Shown here piece after piece: positions 52,801 through 64,000 of a stretch of DNA of 64,000 nucleotides. The DNA comes from the human T2T-CHM13v2.0 reference genome, Homo sapiens. The stretch lies in NCBI RefSeq assembly GCF_009914755.1, contig NC_060928.1; one strand, written 5' to 3'. The stretch's first letter is position 1. The number at the start of each line of letters is the position of its first letter. A model generated the notes under the pieces. That model was given only the letters and a program-made list of their open reading frames with translations, ran no database searches and was not told the DNA's origin. The position numbers and the translations under genes are program-made.

Positions 52801-55422
52801 GTGCCTTTCATATAGTAATGGTGAAATAGAATCATAAATGTTTAAAATTTGAAAGGACTAAAATATAGTGCAATTAGTTTATGTATAGTTGAATTAATCC
52901 AAGAAGAAACATCGATAGCATTATCAAAGAAATCAAAGAAAATTAACAAGTGTTTTCCTCATAAATAACAGTTCTTAGTTCTTGCATTGGTAATGTATCT
53001 GCAGGAAGTGAAGATTCTGGAAGCGACATTTAAATATATAATTTTATAATGGGGCTGGGCAATGAGCTTTAGCCGAGGTCAAGCTTCCCTGAAAATTGAA
53101 ATACATGAAATTCTTATGTTCATAAATTTCAGTATTTATTTACTCCTGACAATATGCCACCTCTTAGTTCAAAAGAAAAAAATACATATACATTTAAGAG
53201 CTAAGGAGTAAAGTTCAAGAAAGTACTTAACTTTATATAGCCCTTTAAAATGCAAGGTTTTTATGACTTAAGTGCAAGCTAGTAAAAAAAATCATAAATT
53301 AATTTTTCTTTACCATGGACTCAGAGCCGTATATGAGAGTTGAAAGTAGTCATAAAATGTTCTATTGGTTTCGTACTTTCCAAGGTGCTAAAGGGGAAAA
53401 AAATATATTGGTATGAATGTATGAATTCAACTGTGGACTTCAGCTGATTCATTGGGCAGGAAACAGAACATAAGTACATTCAGATAATATCTAGGACAAG
53501 CAATAAATCTTTGAAAAAATATAATCCAGGAAACTAGTCACTTTTTAATTTTTATTCAAAGTATTAATTTGATTGATGTTTTCACTGAATTGACACATAG
53601 CCTATATTTGTACTGATTGAAATACTACATTACAGAAGATTCTACCTGCAGGTTTTGGTAAGGGGTAGGCTGATAGGAAGTGTTCTTATAAGAATATGTG
53701 ACAAAGTACAGCTTTACCTACATGGAATTAGTCCTAAGAAATATGAATAATGTTATCCTTATGGATCAGATGTTTGCTGTAATTGGTCTAATGTATTAGT
53801 TTGGCATTAATTCTAGTCACACAGTTTGGTCCCATGTAAAATTTCAGAAGCACGATTTCTTCTTCCTGCTCTATCTTATGTTTCTCTGTCATTGCCTTAA
53901 ACCTAATATGTTTTTCTCAAAAACTAAGTGTGAAATTACTGATTTGCAGAAAAGAAATAATACATACAATTTTGAGTCCAAATGCTCTAAAATTCACATA
54001 TTTTCAACTCTACAAGTTTACTTCTAGAATATTTGAGTAAGCATAGAGTCATAGAGATAGCCAAGGTTTTGTTTCATAGTTGTTTTTTTTTCCCTGTAAT
54101 GTATTATCAGCAACTAAAATAATTATTTAAATAAATTATAGTATATTCAGAAAATGGGTTTCAATCGGGTACTTCGCAGCCTTTAAAAATGTTATAGAAT
54201 AACATCTACTAACATGGAAATATATTAATGATACTTCATAAACTGTTAATAATTAAACTTATTATGTAAATGAGGATGACCTTCAATAGGTGAATGGATA
54301 AAGAAATATCAATACAATGGTGTACTACTCAGAAATAAAAGGAATAAGCCATTAATTCATACCATGACAAAGATAAATCTTAAATATACTTTGCTAAACG
54401 AAAGAAGCCAGAACCAAAGCTGATGTATTATTTGAGTCCATTTAAACATCAGTTGGGAAAAGGCAAGCCAGAACAAAAGGCTGGAAAAGTGCTTGTGTGG
54501 GGATGCTTTTCTCCGTGTGGTCCTCCCTTTTGGTTGGTAAAGAAGGTGCCTAGTCACTAGTTCTAGGAGGATCAGGACTCATGAAGAAGACCTTTATCCT
54601 TTTTTTCAGTTGGATCCAAACTCTACTTAGTCTAGTCCTTGTTTGAACCCCAACTTGCCCATAGATGTACAACTGTGAAATGAATGCTCCTAGTAGCATA
54701 AAATTGGGATTTGTGGTTGATGAATCCAACATTATTACTGTTAAGGAACATTACTGTGGCAGTACGGAAATGATAAAATGTCTTGCCATAAAAATATGGT
54801 TAAATATTAAAACAAAATGTATAAAAAACAAATAAAAATGAGAATATCTTTGTGGAAAATGTAATATACAGTGATGTTTTACCTGTAATATACAAAGAGT
54901 GCCTATATGTGAAAAATAATTGTTAAATTCTTCAAAATAGGCAAAGAACATAAACAGATTATATAAGGAGTACACATCTGTCTATAAAGAAAAATATTGC
55001 ATTAGTACAAATAATGCAAATATTCTAAATATGTACAAATGTATAGAAGAATTTCTATGAATACATATTTTTACATAAGTAACACAAGTAGATGTCCAAT
55101 ATATCTTTTTTACAACAACAACAAATATCTGTACAGTATATCCAAATAAGATTATTAACAGATGCTACATCCATTTATCTATTAAATAATTAGTAAAAAG
55201 TACACATATATAAAGTTTAAAGATGATTACCTATAATACAAATTTAAATTAAATAGGTTTAAAATACCACAAATATATATACACCCATATATTTACACTT
55301 ATTCTATAAGTATATATATATTTTAAATGACATATATTTTTAAAGTCACTATTTTTGAATGACACCCGTACACACACTAGAAGACTAGAAAGAATTGGAT
55401 CTGAATATAAGAAATTCTTAGT

Positions 55423-55750
55423 CACTGGTTATCAAACTTTGTGTCGTAGGCTCTTAAAAATTATTGAGAATGTCAAAAGCTTTTATTTATGTCAAACCTA
55501 ACTACTTATATTTATTATATTATAAATTTAAGCAGAACCTTTTGAAACACAAGAATACACAGACACACTTTCAGTGATCTGTCAGAACAATGGCGTACAT
55601 TTAGCCTCTGCAATAGAATGCACAGGAAAGAATGAGAGTGAAAGAGTCAAATATAGTTTCAGTATTATTATGAAAGCGGTTTCTACCTGACTGCCTGAAA
55701 GTTTCTTTGGGAATCCCAGGTGCTCCTGGACTATACTTTGTGTCCAAATG
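55423..55750 (+). mobile_element. hAT-Charlie DNA transposon remnant (MER119-like)
   Basis: Degenerate terminal inverted repeats 'cactggttatcaaactt' ... 'tactttgtgtccaaatg' and internal 'ctcttaaaaattattgag'. Confidence 0.6.
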
Positions 55751-58295
55751 TATGATGTAGGCAGTCATTATTAGTATTAATTTATTATTCATATCTTAAT
55801 TTTACTTTAAACATAATTTACATTTTTAATCATATGTACCTTATTTTGAAATCAGAAAAATGGAAATTATTACAATTAAAAAGTCACTAGAAAAACAGAC
55901 CTATTGTACAAAGATTCCAGTCTTACCTTTCTCAAGTCTGCTTACTGATTTTTCTCTTATGTCTCTATTCTTTCCCCTTCCCTTTGCCCTTCCTTTCTCC
56001 CTTCTGCTCTTTGACCCCAAACTCATCTTTTCTTCTTAGTTTATTAAATAAAAACCAAACTATATTACTATCAATATATTTTTACTATATGCAGTTCATA
56101 TAGTCTCGTGATTGGCCAAAGTCTAATGGTTCCCAATAGGTCCTCAATCTTTAAGGCCCAGTCCAAACCTTCCACAATGAAGGAGAATCCTCTAAGTTTT
56201 CCAGCACACAAAGCTTTGCCTCTTTTTCATGTCACTGTGAGATCTTCATTCAATGTATCTGTTTTACTCTTCTCCTCCAAGCTGTATTTAAAGGAATTAA
56301 AAACAGCAAATCAGTATTATAGTTGATTATATTCCTCAGAGTATCATTTAACTTTCTCAATATTTACTTGGTATTTACTAAAGTAAAGTTGGCTTATCAA
56401 TTGCTTTTGTATCTGGCAATGAACAACTGTCAACACATGGATAAATTATACTGTTAGGCATTCACACTGACTGGTAGGAAATAAAAACTTTTATTGTCAT
56501 TAAAATGAAAATGACAAAATATCCTGCATATAGTTTTTACTGAGATGTAAAGTGAAAGTTGTTAATGTGGCTGCAATATCAAAGGTCACTGAATAGAACT
56601 TTCACTAAGAAGTGTATTGACAAATTACAATGTATAAGAAGGTATATGGAGAATTTAGAATTTGAGTGTAGAAATTTTTTCAGCATTTACTTTCTCTTCT
56701 TTGTCAAGTGCAGAAGTCCTTCTTATAGTTTTGAAGTAAAATATTGTAGTTTTTGCTAATAATAGTGGTAGTTTCATCCACAGATATTTTTTCAGAACTA
56801 TATAGCTCCATAGAATTAACAGACCAACCTTGCTAGAAGAGATAGGGTTAATTCTTATGAATTCTTATGTAAACAATGCCGAATGTTGTCATTTTCTATA
56901 AAAACCATATGCTTTAATAACATTTTTTTTTGAATTATTGGGAACTATTGAAATGTAAAGAATAAAGAATAAGATTCATATAAGATTTTAATGAATATTA
57001 ACTACTATCAAAATTTTATTGCATTTATTTTATTTATATATCTCTGTACATAACTACAGAGAAAAAAGAAAGAGAAAAAGAGAGAGTTGCAGATATAATC
57101 TGAATATTTTTATATAATGTCTGGAACATAACATGACACAATTACACAATTTTGACAAGCAAAATTACCTAATTTTCTTGTGATAATTTGATTTCCTCTT
57201 TAATGCTACTTGAATATTTCCTAAGTGTTACTTGTTCATTCGTAATTTTTCTTTTGTAAATATTTTAGTCCTTCATTATGCTGCTTTTATTTTTCAATTA
57301 AGGCATTTGAAGGAATTCATATTGAATAGTGTGGATTATACTTTGAACCAGCACAAAGTGGTCATGAATTTGAATTGACAAACAGGCTTGCAGTGTACAA
57401 TAGGCTTCAATCTGATACTGTGTCTAATTAGCTTTATGGACAGAGAGCACTGTCATGTCATCAGAAGGCCCAGCAGCTGCCCAAGGGTGCATCTTCCTGT
57501 GTCTCCTCACACACAGTGGACAGAGATGGCTCAAGAGCAAGAAGGCATTTGTGTCCCTAGCCTTGGCTTCCTGCCAGTCTTTTATACCACCCTATTCACG
57601 TATGTCAATGGCTTGTATGACAGCTCACAGCTACCACAGGCCAGGTGTTCGCTAACAGGAAACAAGAGACACACATCAACCCTCATTTATTTTAATACAG
57701 AAGTTTCAAAGGAAACAGAACTCTATATCTTTTATGCAAAACTGGGTCAGATCAGACCTGATGTTATCCCTTACTCTTACATGTAATTGGGAACTATTTT
57801 ATAGGTTTATAAATTATATTTAACTCTCTTTAGGGTACTTTGATTTGTAAATCTCTTTTCATTTCTAATTCTATCAGTTATTGTTACTAGAATATTCAAA
57901 TCTGATCATAACAATTGCTAAGTTAACAAAATTGATTATTCCCTCGGTATGGACCAGGAAGTTGTTCTAAATATTTACATGCATTATTTCACATACACGA
58001 ATATACACACACATCATTAAAATGTAAGATGTATGAAGTAGATAATTTAGTCTATTTTATTTTCTTTTGTACTTTAGAGAATTGTCTATTTGAAGTTAGT
58101 TTATAGTACAATTAAAATAATTATGAAATAACTGAAATTTAAAGCATAAAGACAGGGTTAAGAAAAGTGAATCTTTAAATAAAATATAAAAAATATAAAA
58201 ATGGATAAAATATAGTCAAGTCATGCATTATACATATATGTGTGTGCATATATACATTTATCTGTATGTATTTGTGTGTATCTTGCTCCTAGTTA

Positions 58296-58307
58296 TATCT
58301 ATCTATC

Positions 58308-58342
<35 letters not shown>

Positions 58343-58359
58343 ATCTGTCTGTCTGTCTA
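58296..58359. repeat. (TCTA)n/(TCTG)n compound tetranucleotide STR
   Basis: GATA-type repeat with TCA interruptions, seen directly. Confidence 0.95.
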
Positions 58360-58898
58360 ATCTCATCTTTATCTATACCCTAAGCCCTTCAACATTCTCT
58401 TCTTAGGCAACCATTTAAATATGCATTGCATGTATTTTCATGTGAATTTTATAATTTCTGTATTTCTGTTTTGTGTACCTACATGTTACATTTTTGCAAA
58501 CTATATCATGTTGAATAAATGTATCTTTTTTCTACTCCATTCGCTATGCACAATGTGCTATGGACCTCAAAATCTACGTAGTAACATCTAAACTAGTGTT
58601 TTCTTCTTGCTATTTGACATTCTGTTTTTAACCCTACTCTCTCTATGATAAACATCTAGGCTGGCACCTATTCCTTCTATGTCTGCAAGTATTTTCCTGG
58701 GATATAAACACAGAATCAATGAATCAAAGATGTGCCTATACTTAATGTGACTAATCGGTGCCAAATACATTCATATTTGTAAGTGAGATTTTGCTAGTGT
58801 GTATGTCTGTATGTGGGTAGAAGTAGAAATGTGTATGTATGTGTGTGTACCTTGCAAATTTCAAAATTACTTACCTGATGAAATTTTGTCATTTATTG

Positions 58899-59201
58899 AA
58901 GAGGTCCCAACCTTTTTTGGCACCAGGGACCAGTTTCGTGGAAGACAATTTTTCTATAGTCAGGGGTAGAGGGGTCGGAGGAATAATTTTGGGATGAAAG
59001 TGTTCCACCTCAGATTCTCATAAGGAGTGCACAACCAATATCCCTCACTTCTGGAGTTCAAAATAGGGTTCACGCTCCTATAAGAATCTAAGTCCATCAC
59101 TGATCTGACAGGAGGTGGAGCTTAGGTGGTAATGCTCCCTCACCCGCCAGCTGACCTTCTGCTGTGCAGCCTGATTCCTAACTCGGGGGTTGACGTCCCT
59201 G
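58899..59201 (+). mobile_element. MER1B-like hAT-Charlie MITE
   Basis: 'gtcccaaccttttttggcaccagggaccagtttcgtggaagacaattt...gggggttgacgtccctg'. 8-bp TSD atttattg / ctttattg. Confidence 0.88.
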
Positions 59202-60269
59202 CTTTATTGTATTCTGGATTAGTGAATATAACATGTGAAATAAATCTCAGGTAAAACTATCTCGCCTAATTCAAGTATATAATTGAGCATTTTATATTTG
59301 CAAAATTTCTGAGATTCTGAAATATTGTAATTTATAGTAATATTGCTTCCTTAACTCAAAAAGTTATACCATATCTATAATTAACTGTTTCTTCATTTAT
59401 AATCCATGTTTGAACTTTTACATTTTAATGAATTAAAATTTTCTTTATATTTAAACATTATTTTCCTTTATATGTATTATTTCTAATGCTTACTATTTTC
59501 TTTTTAATTTCTAATGTCATTTTAATAAATTTCTTTTACCTTGCTTTTTTTGTTTAATATTGTTAATTAACCACTTTAGATGTAGTTCAGTTCATTTATT
59601 TTTATAATTCCTGTTAAAGTGGCTATTATTTTATGTAAAAGAGTATTATTTATCAAATATATGCATAAAATAAAGCATTCAATATATATTATTTCATATT
59701 TATAAGTGCATGTTTGGTTTTATTATTATATTAATTTTTCTGTCAGAAAAATGTTAAATTACTCATAATAATTATGTGCAGATGTACCCAGAGGAGTCCT
59801 GGTTTATTACGGTTTTCTCAGTTATGATTCTTAATAATGTTACCTTCAAATTCAAAATAACAACTTGGACTATGAATTATTGGTCATTCTAATAAAAACA
59901 ATTTATATCAATCTGTTATTTTAAATATTTGTTTCATATATAATGATGTTATGAAACAATAGTAAAGATAAAAATATCTACACTTTGAGAACTATGTACG
60001 ATGTACTCTTTCAAATACTTTCCATATATGAAATAATTTAATACTCAAAGCAACCCTCTGAGAGGTTATTAACCTCAATACGTGAATAACTCAAGTGAGA
60101 CAAAGAATTAAGTAAACTGCCTTAAGATAAGAAGATAATAAGTAGCATGTTTTCTGCTTTCATGATTTATTTTACAGTTTTTAGGTAGTTAATTTTATCT
60201 CCATCTAAGAAATTTTGATTCTTAATGGATTTGCTTAGATCATTTAACTTAATACTTAAAAATACATTT

Positions 60270-62025
60270 TTTTTTCAGCAACACATTGGACTAAGAGGGG
60301 CCAAGTCCTCATTCCCTCATAGTGACATCAAATTAACAAACAGAAACTGGCTAAAATAATTCTTGTAAGAATTCTGGGAAAACAAAACAAAACAAAAAAC
60401 TTCACCAACCAAAGGAATGCTTATTCAAAAAAAATGCCAAATTCAAAATAGTATCAAATTTCATGGTGTTTTACTGGCCCTTGCCCCACCCATTTCTGCA
60501 CAACATGGTTTTGAGCTGGAGGAGGTGGCATTCCAGTTGCTAGTTCCCTCCCTTGAGCCAAAGAGAGCAAAACAGGTATGTCCTGCAATGTTCTCACCTG
60601 TCTGGGGGCTCCCTGAAGGACTGGTCTCTATATTCACTAACTTGGATCTCAGGTTGGGATCCAAGGTTTGGAAAAGCAGTAGGGAGACTAATTCCCACAG
60701 ATACTTGGAGCAAGACTTTACAGGCAGAGACATACAACAGACCTCCTAAGACTCCACGGAGAAGCTGGGCTAAGATTCCTTTGGAAGTTACAACACTGAA
60801 AATCGCCATGTATAAGGAGGCATTTTAAAAAGTCACACTCAGACCTAGGCAAGATGCATGCTCAGAAAAAAACTGGAGAAGAACTTAAGCCTTCATGCTG
60901 GGTTAATTCCAAGGTACAGAACATATCTGGCCTATTAGAAAAGAACTGCTCCAGCACAGAGCTGGTCTGCAAGACTGGGAATGTTGACTGTTTCTTCAAC
61001 CCCTCTTCCCCACCAAAATCACAAGGCATGTAAAGAAACAGAACAACATGGCCGATTCAAAGAAAGAAAATAAAGTGACAGAAATCATCTCTAAAACTGC
61101 ATGTATTACCTACTAGACAAAGGCATTAAAACAACTCTCTTCAATATGCTCAAAGAGCTTAACAAGAAATATGGACTTAGAACTATAAGAAATCAGGAAA
61201 AAATATTAACAAAATGAGATTATCAACAAAAAGATAGAAATGATAAGAATTAACCAAACAGAAATTCTGGAACTAAAAAATACAATATCTGAATTGAAAA
61301 ATTCAGTGAAGGGTGTCAGCAGCAGATTTGAGCAGGCAGAAGAAATAATCAGCAAACCTGAAAATAGGATCTTTGAAATTATCAAGTCTGTGGAGAAAAG
61401 AGAAAAAAGTGAAAACCCTAAGAGACCTATGGGACAGTTTTCAACAGACAAAAATATACATCACCGAGTCTCAGAAGGAGAATACAGAGAGAAATACAGT
61501 GCTTATTTTAAGAAGTAACAGAAAGAAATTTTCAAATTTGAGGAAAAACAAGAAATGCAAACCCCAAAAACTCAATATATTTCCAGTGTAAAAAACCCAA
61601 AGAAACTCACACAGAGACACACTCTAATCAAACTGTTGAAAGTTAAAAGAAAATATAGAATTTTTAAAGAAGCAAGATAAAAATGAGTCATCTTGTACAA
61701 GGAATCCTCAATAAGATTATAAGCCTATTACTTAGATGAATATTCTATAATTTTACTATATGAGGTACACAAAATAATCAATTCATACAGACAGAAAACA
61801 GAACAGAGGTTACAGAATCCCAGAAGGCAGGGTAATGGAGAATTAGAATTGAAAGTGTCCAGAGTTTTAGTGTGGAATGACAAAAAAGTTCTGGAGATGG
61901 ATGGCGGTGATGCTTACACAACAATGTGAATGTAATTAATGCCACTGAATTGTGCACAGAAAATGGTCCAAATGGTACATTTAATGTTCTGTATATTGCA
62001 ACATAATTTTTAAAAACAAAAAATG
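60270..62025 (+). mobile_element. L1M 5'UTR and ORF1 remnant joined to an L1M 3'UTR
   Basis: ORF 61240-61518 (NQTEILELKNTISELKNS...SRFEQAEE) is an ORF1p coiled-coil remnant. 61745-62020 is 3'UTR text ('gttctggagatggatggcggtgatg...aatgccactgaattgtgcac'). Confidence 0.8.
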
Positions 62026-62158
62026 TGTTTAGTTTTTAATCAAATTGTTTCATCCTTCATGGTTTATGTGCTGACATGTGCTAATGTGACTTTCTGTTGA
62101 TACAGATCGTTCTCTTTTCTTTTAAATTTTATAGATTTAAAAAGTATTCTTACTGTTG

Positions 62159-62354
62159 TAAGCTTTTACAACCCACCTTATTTTGTTGTTATTGTTGTTT
62201 TCAGTTTTGTTTTGTTTTAGACTTTCAGCAGCCTGAAGCCATGGTTTTTAGTTTCTGTCTCCTGTGATAAGCGGAAAAGAGGAATGAGGGCTTTACTGGC
62301 CCAACCAGAAAGAGAAACTAAGAATCCATGACTGTATTCTCTCCCTTGGACACC
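62159..62354. mobile_element. MER30B-like hAT MITE
   Basis: Ends 'aagcttttacaaccc' and 'ccttggacacc' resemble MER30-type termini; internal 'agcctgaagccatggtttttagtttctgtctc'. Confidence 0.7.
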
Positions 62355-62497
62355 AAAGGATGATTTTAAACAAAAAAACTTTTAAAAGTATACTTTTGTT
62401 ATTTGTTTTCAAATGTATTTGTCCATATTAATAAATATCTGCCTTTTTAATTTACTTTTGTTTTGGTAATACCTAGAATTAACTCATCTCTCACACC

Positions 62498-62946
62498 TGT
62501 GTGGTAGCTATATAAAACTGTGCTACTTACATATCCTGCTGAGGGGATCTCATGGTCCTAGTTGCTGCTCGTTCAAATCCCCAACCACATTTCTGCTGCA
62601 GCTGTGCTTTCTATGGGTTGTTGCCAGCCAGTGACTGAGTATGATAGGGCTACTAGTTCAGGATCTTACTGTGAGAAGTGAGACTCCTCTAAAGAGGAAT
62701 GTTAGCTCAAGAATTCCCCATCAGGTTGACAAAGACTTTTACAGAACTGAGCTGCAGTCAGACTCTTCCTGCTTGATCACCCTTCCTCCCATCTCTCCTT
62801 CAAAGGGGTCAGACCTTCATGCAGTCTGAAGTCTCTCCTCACTTTCAGCTCTCTCCATTTTATCTTTTATAGATATTTCCCCTAAAGAATCTCTTGCATC
62901 TTATCTAATGTAGGCATCTGCTGCTTAAGGGATCCAAACTAAAACA
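62498..62946 (+). mobile_element. ERVL solo LTR, LTR16-like
   Basis: 'tcaaggggtcagaccttcatgcagtctgaagtctctcc...aggcatctgctgcttaagggatccaaactaaaaca' resembles LTR16 3' ends. Confidence 0.7.
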
Positions 62947-64000
62947 ACCTGTCTGTATCAGTAGGTATCACATTTCCCCTAAAAATTGATATATTGTTTG
63001 TCCATTCAGAGATAGGTAAACATTTATGTATAGTTTACCTTTCTTTTTTTACATAAATGACTATTTTATACCTTGTGCTTTTTATTGAACACATAAAGAA
63101 CTTTACTTCATTTTAATACATAAAGGTTTTTTCATTTATTTTTTAAGTTAGTATTTTATCACCTTAAGAACTCTTATAAAATAAAGATAAAGAACATAGC
63201 AGAATTAAATTACGTTCTTGATTATATTAACAATAAAGCTTCAGAGAGAAAACTAAGAAATTGTAAGTATATTAGTTATAGATAAAAATGAGAAAATGAC
63301 GTTGTTATATAGATTAATAATTGATATTTCAATATTTACATTCTATTATTTCAATCATGAAAACATTGTGAAACACTATTAACTAATTCATTGCTCACAG
63401 ATATTTATATTATATCACAGTTTTTCCTATTCTTAGAGTCCTAACTTCTTAGTTTTCTAATGACCGTTTTCAGATTCATTTAAAATCATATATGGGTGGC
63501 TTATTTTTTAAGCATTTTATTTTTGAAAATATAACTTTTTAATAGCCTTATAAATATGTAACTATTTGATCGGCTGCGTAATCACTGAGACACTGGCTTT
63601 TCCCCTCAAAATGCTATAGCGGCTCACTTATCTTCTTTCCCCTTGACATGGCATTGTCTGAGATTCATGAAATCCATTAAACCTCTCCTAGAATTTCAAT
63701 TCAGGTTTAGAAAAAAGAACAATCTGATTGTCCCAATTTTTTTGTTGTTGTGTTAGAGAATTAGACATCTGTCAACTCATCTGATAACAGGTTACCCTTG
63801 GTAACATGATGGCTCACGCCTGGTACAAAAGTTAATCATCTAACAATGATCCCTTCAGTAGGTGACCTAGTTAGAAAGTTCCCTTAGAAGAGCTTCTGGG
63901 TATGTAGACAACAGCATTGAAATTGAACAAAAAGCAGACTCATGGGAATCTCTAAAGGAAGGCTGTCACTCTGATACTTATCACAAATTTGTCACAGTCA

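Noticed and set aside
62159-62354. Possible snoRNA or structured RNA (gaaactaa repeats, internal complementarity)
   Set aside because: Better explained as a MER30B-like MITE.

Overview
This is AT-rich, CpG-poor mammalian DNA, almost certainly human, since it carries an Alu with all five AluYa5 diagnostic bases. It looks intergenic or deep-intronic and is dominated by transposon fossils. I recognise no intact protein-coding gene or exon, RNA gene or CRISPR array. The ORF track is explained by repeats plus one disabled RPL19 processed pseudogene (27819-28526). Main contents: a full-length THE1 MaLR provirus (-), a full-length MER61-like ERV1 provirus (+), three MER34-like solo LTRs, MER50/MLT/MST/THE1/LTR16-type solo LTRs, ten Alus or Alu fragments, many L1 fragments and three hAT MITEs. 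The most interesting signals are: (1) a 260-bp fold-back structure with 30-bp inverted arms around an alternating purine-pyrimidine tract (4510-4769); (2) a 19/20 p53 response element kept in the 5' LTR but broken in the 3' LTR of the MER61-like provirus, which sits back-to-back with the THE1 5' LTR; (3) a young, possibly polymorphic AluYa5; (4) three- and four-level nested insertions with readable target-site duplications (TSDs); (5) an unexplained ~80-nt hairpin at 22455-22536. I cannot support a genuinely new biological system from this sequence alone. Subfamily names come from recalled consensus sequences and need RepeatMasker/Dfam confirmation.
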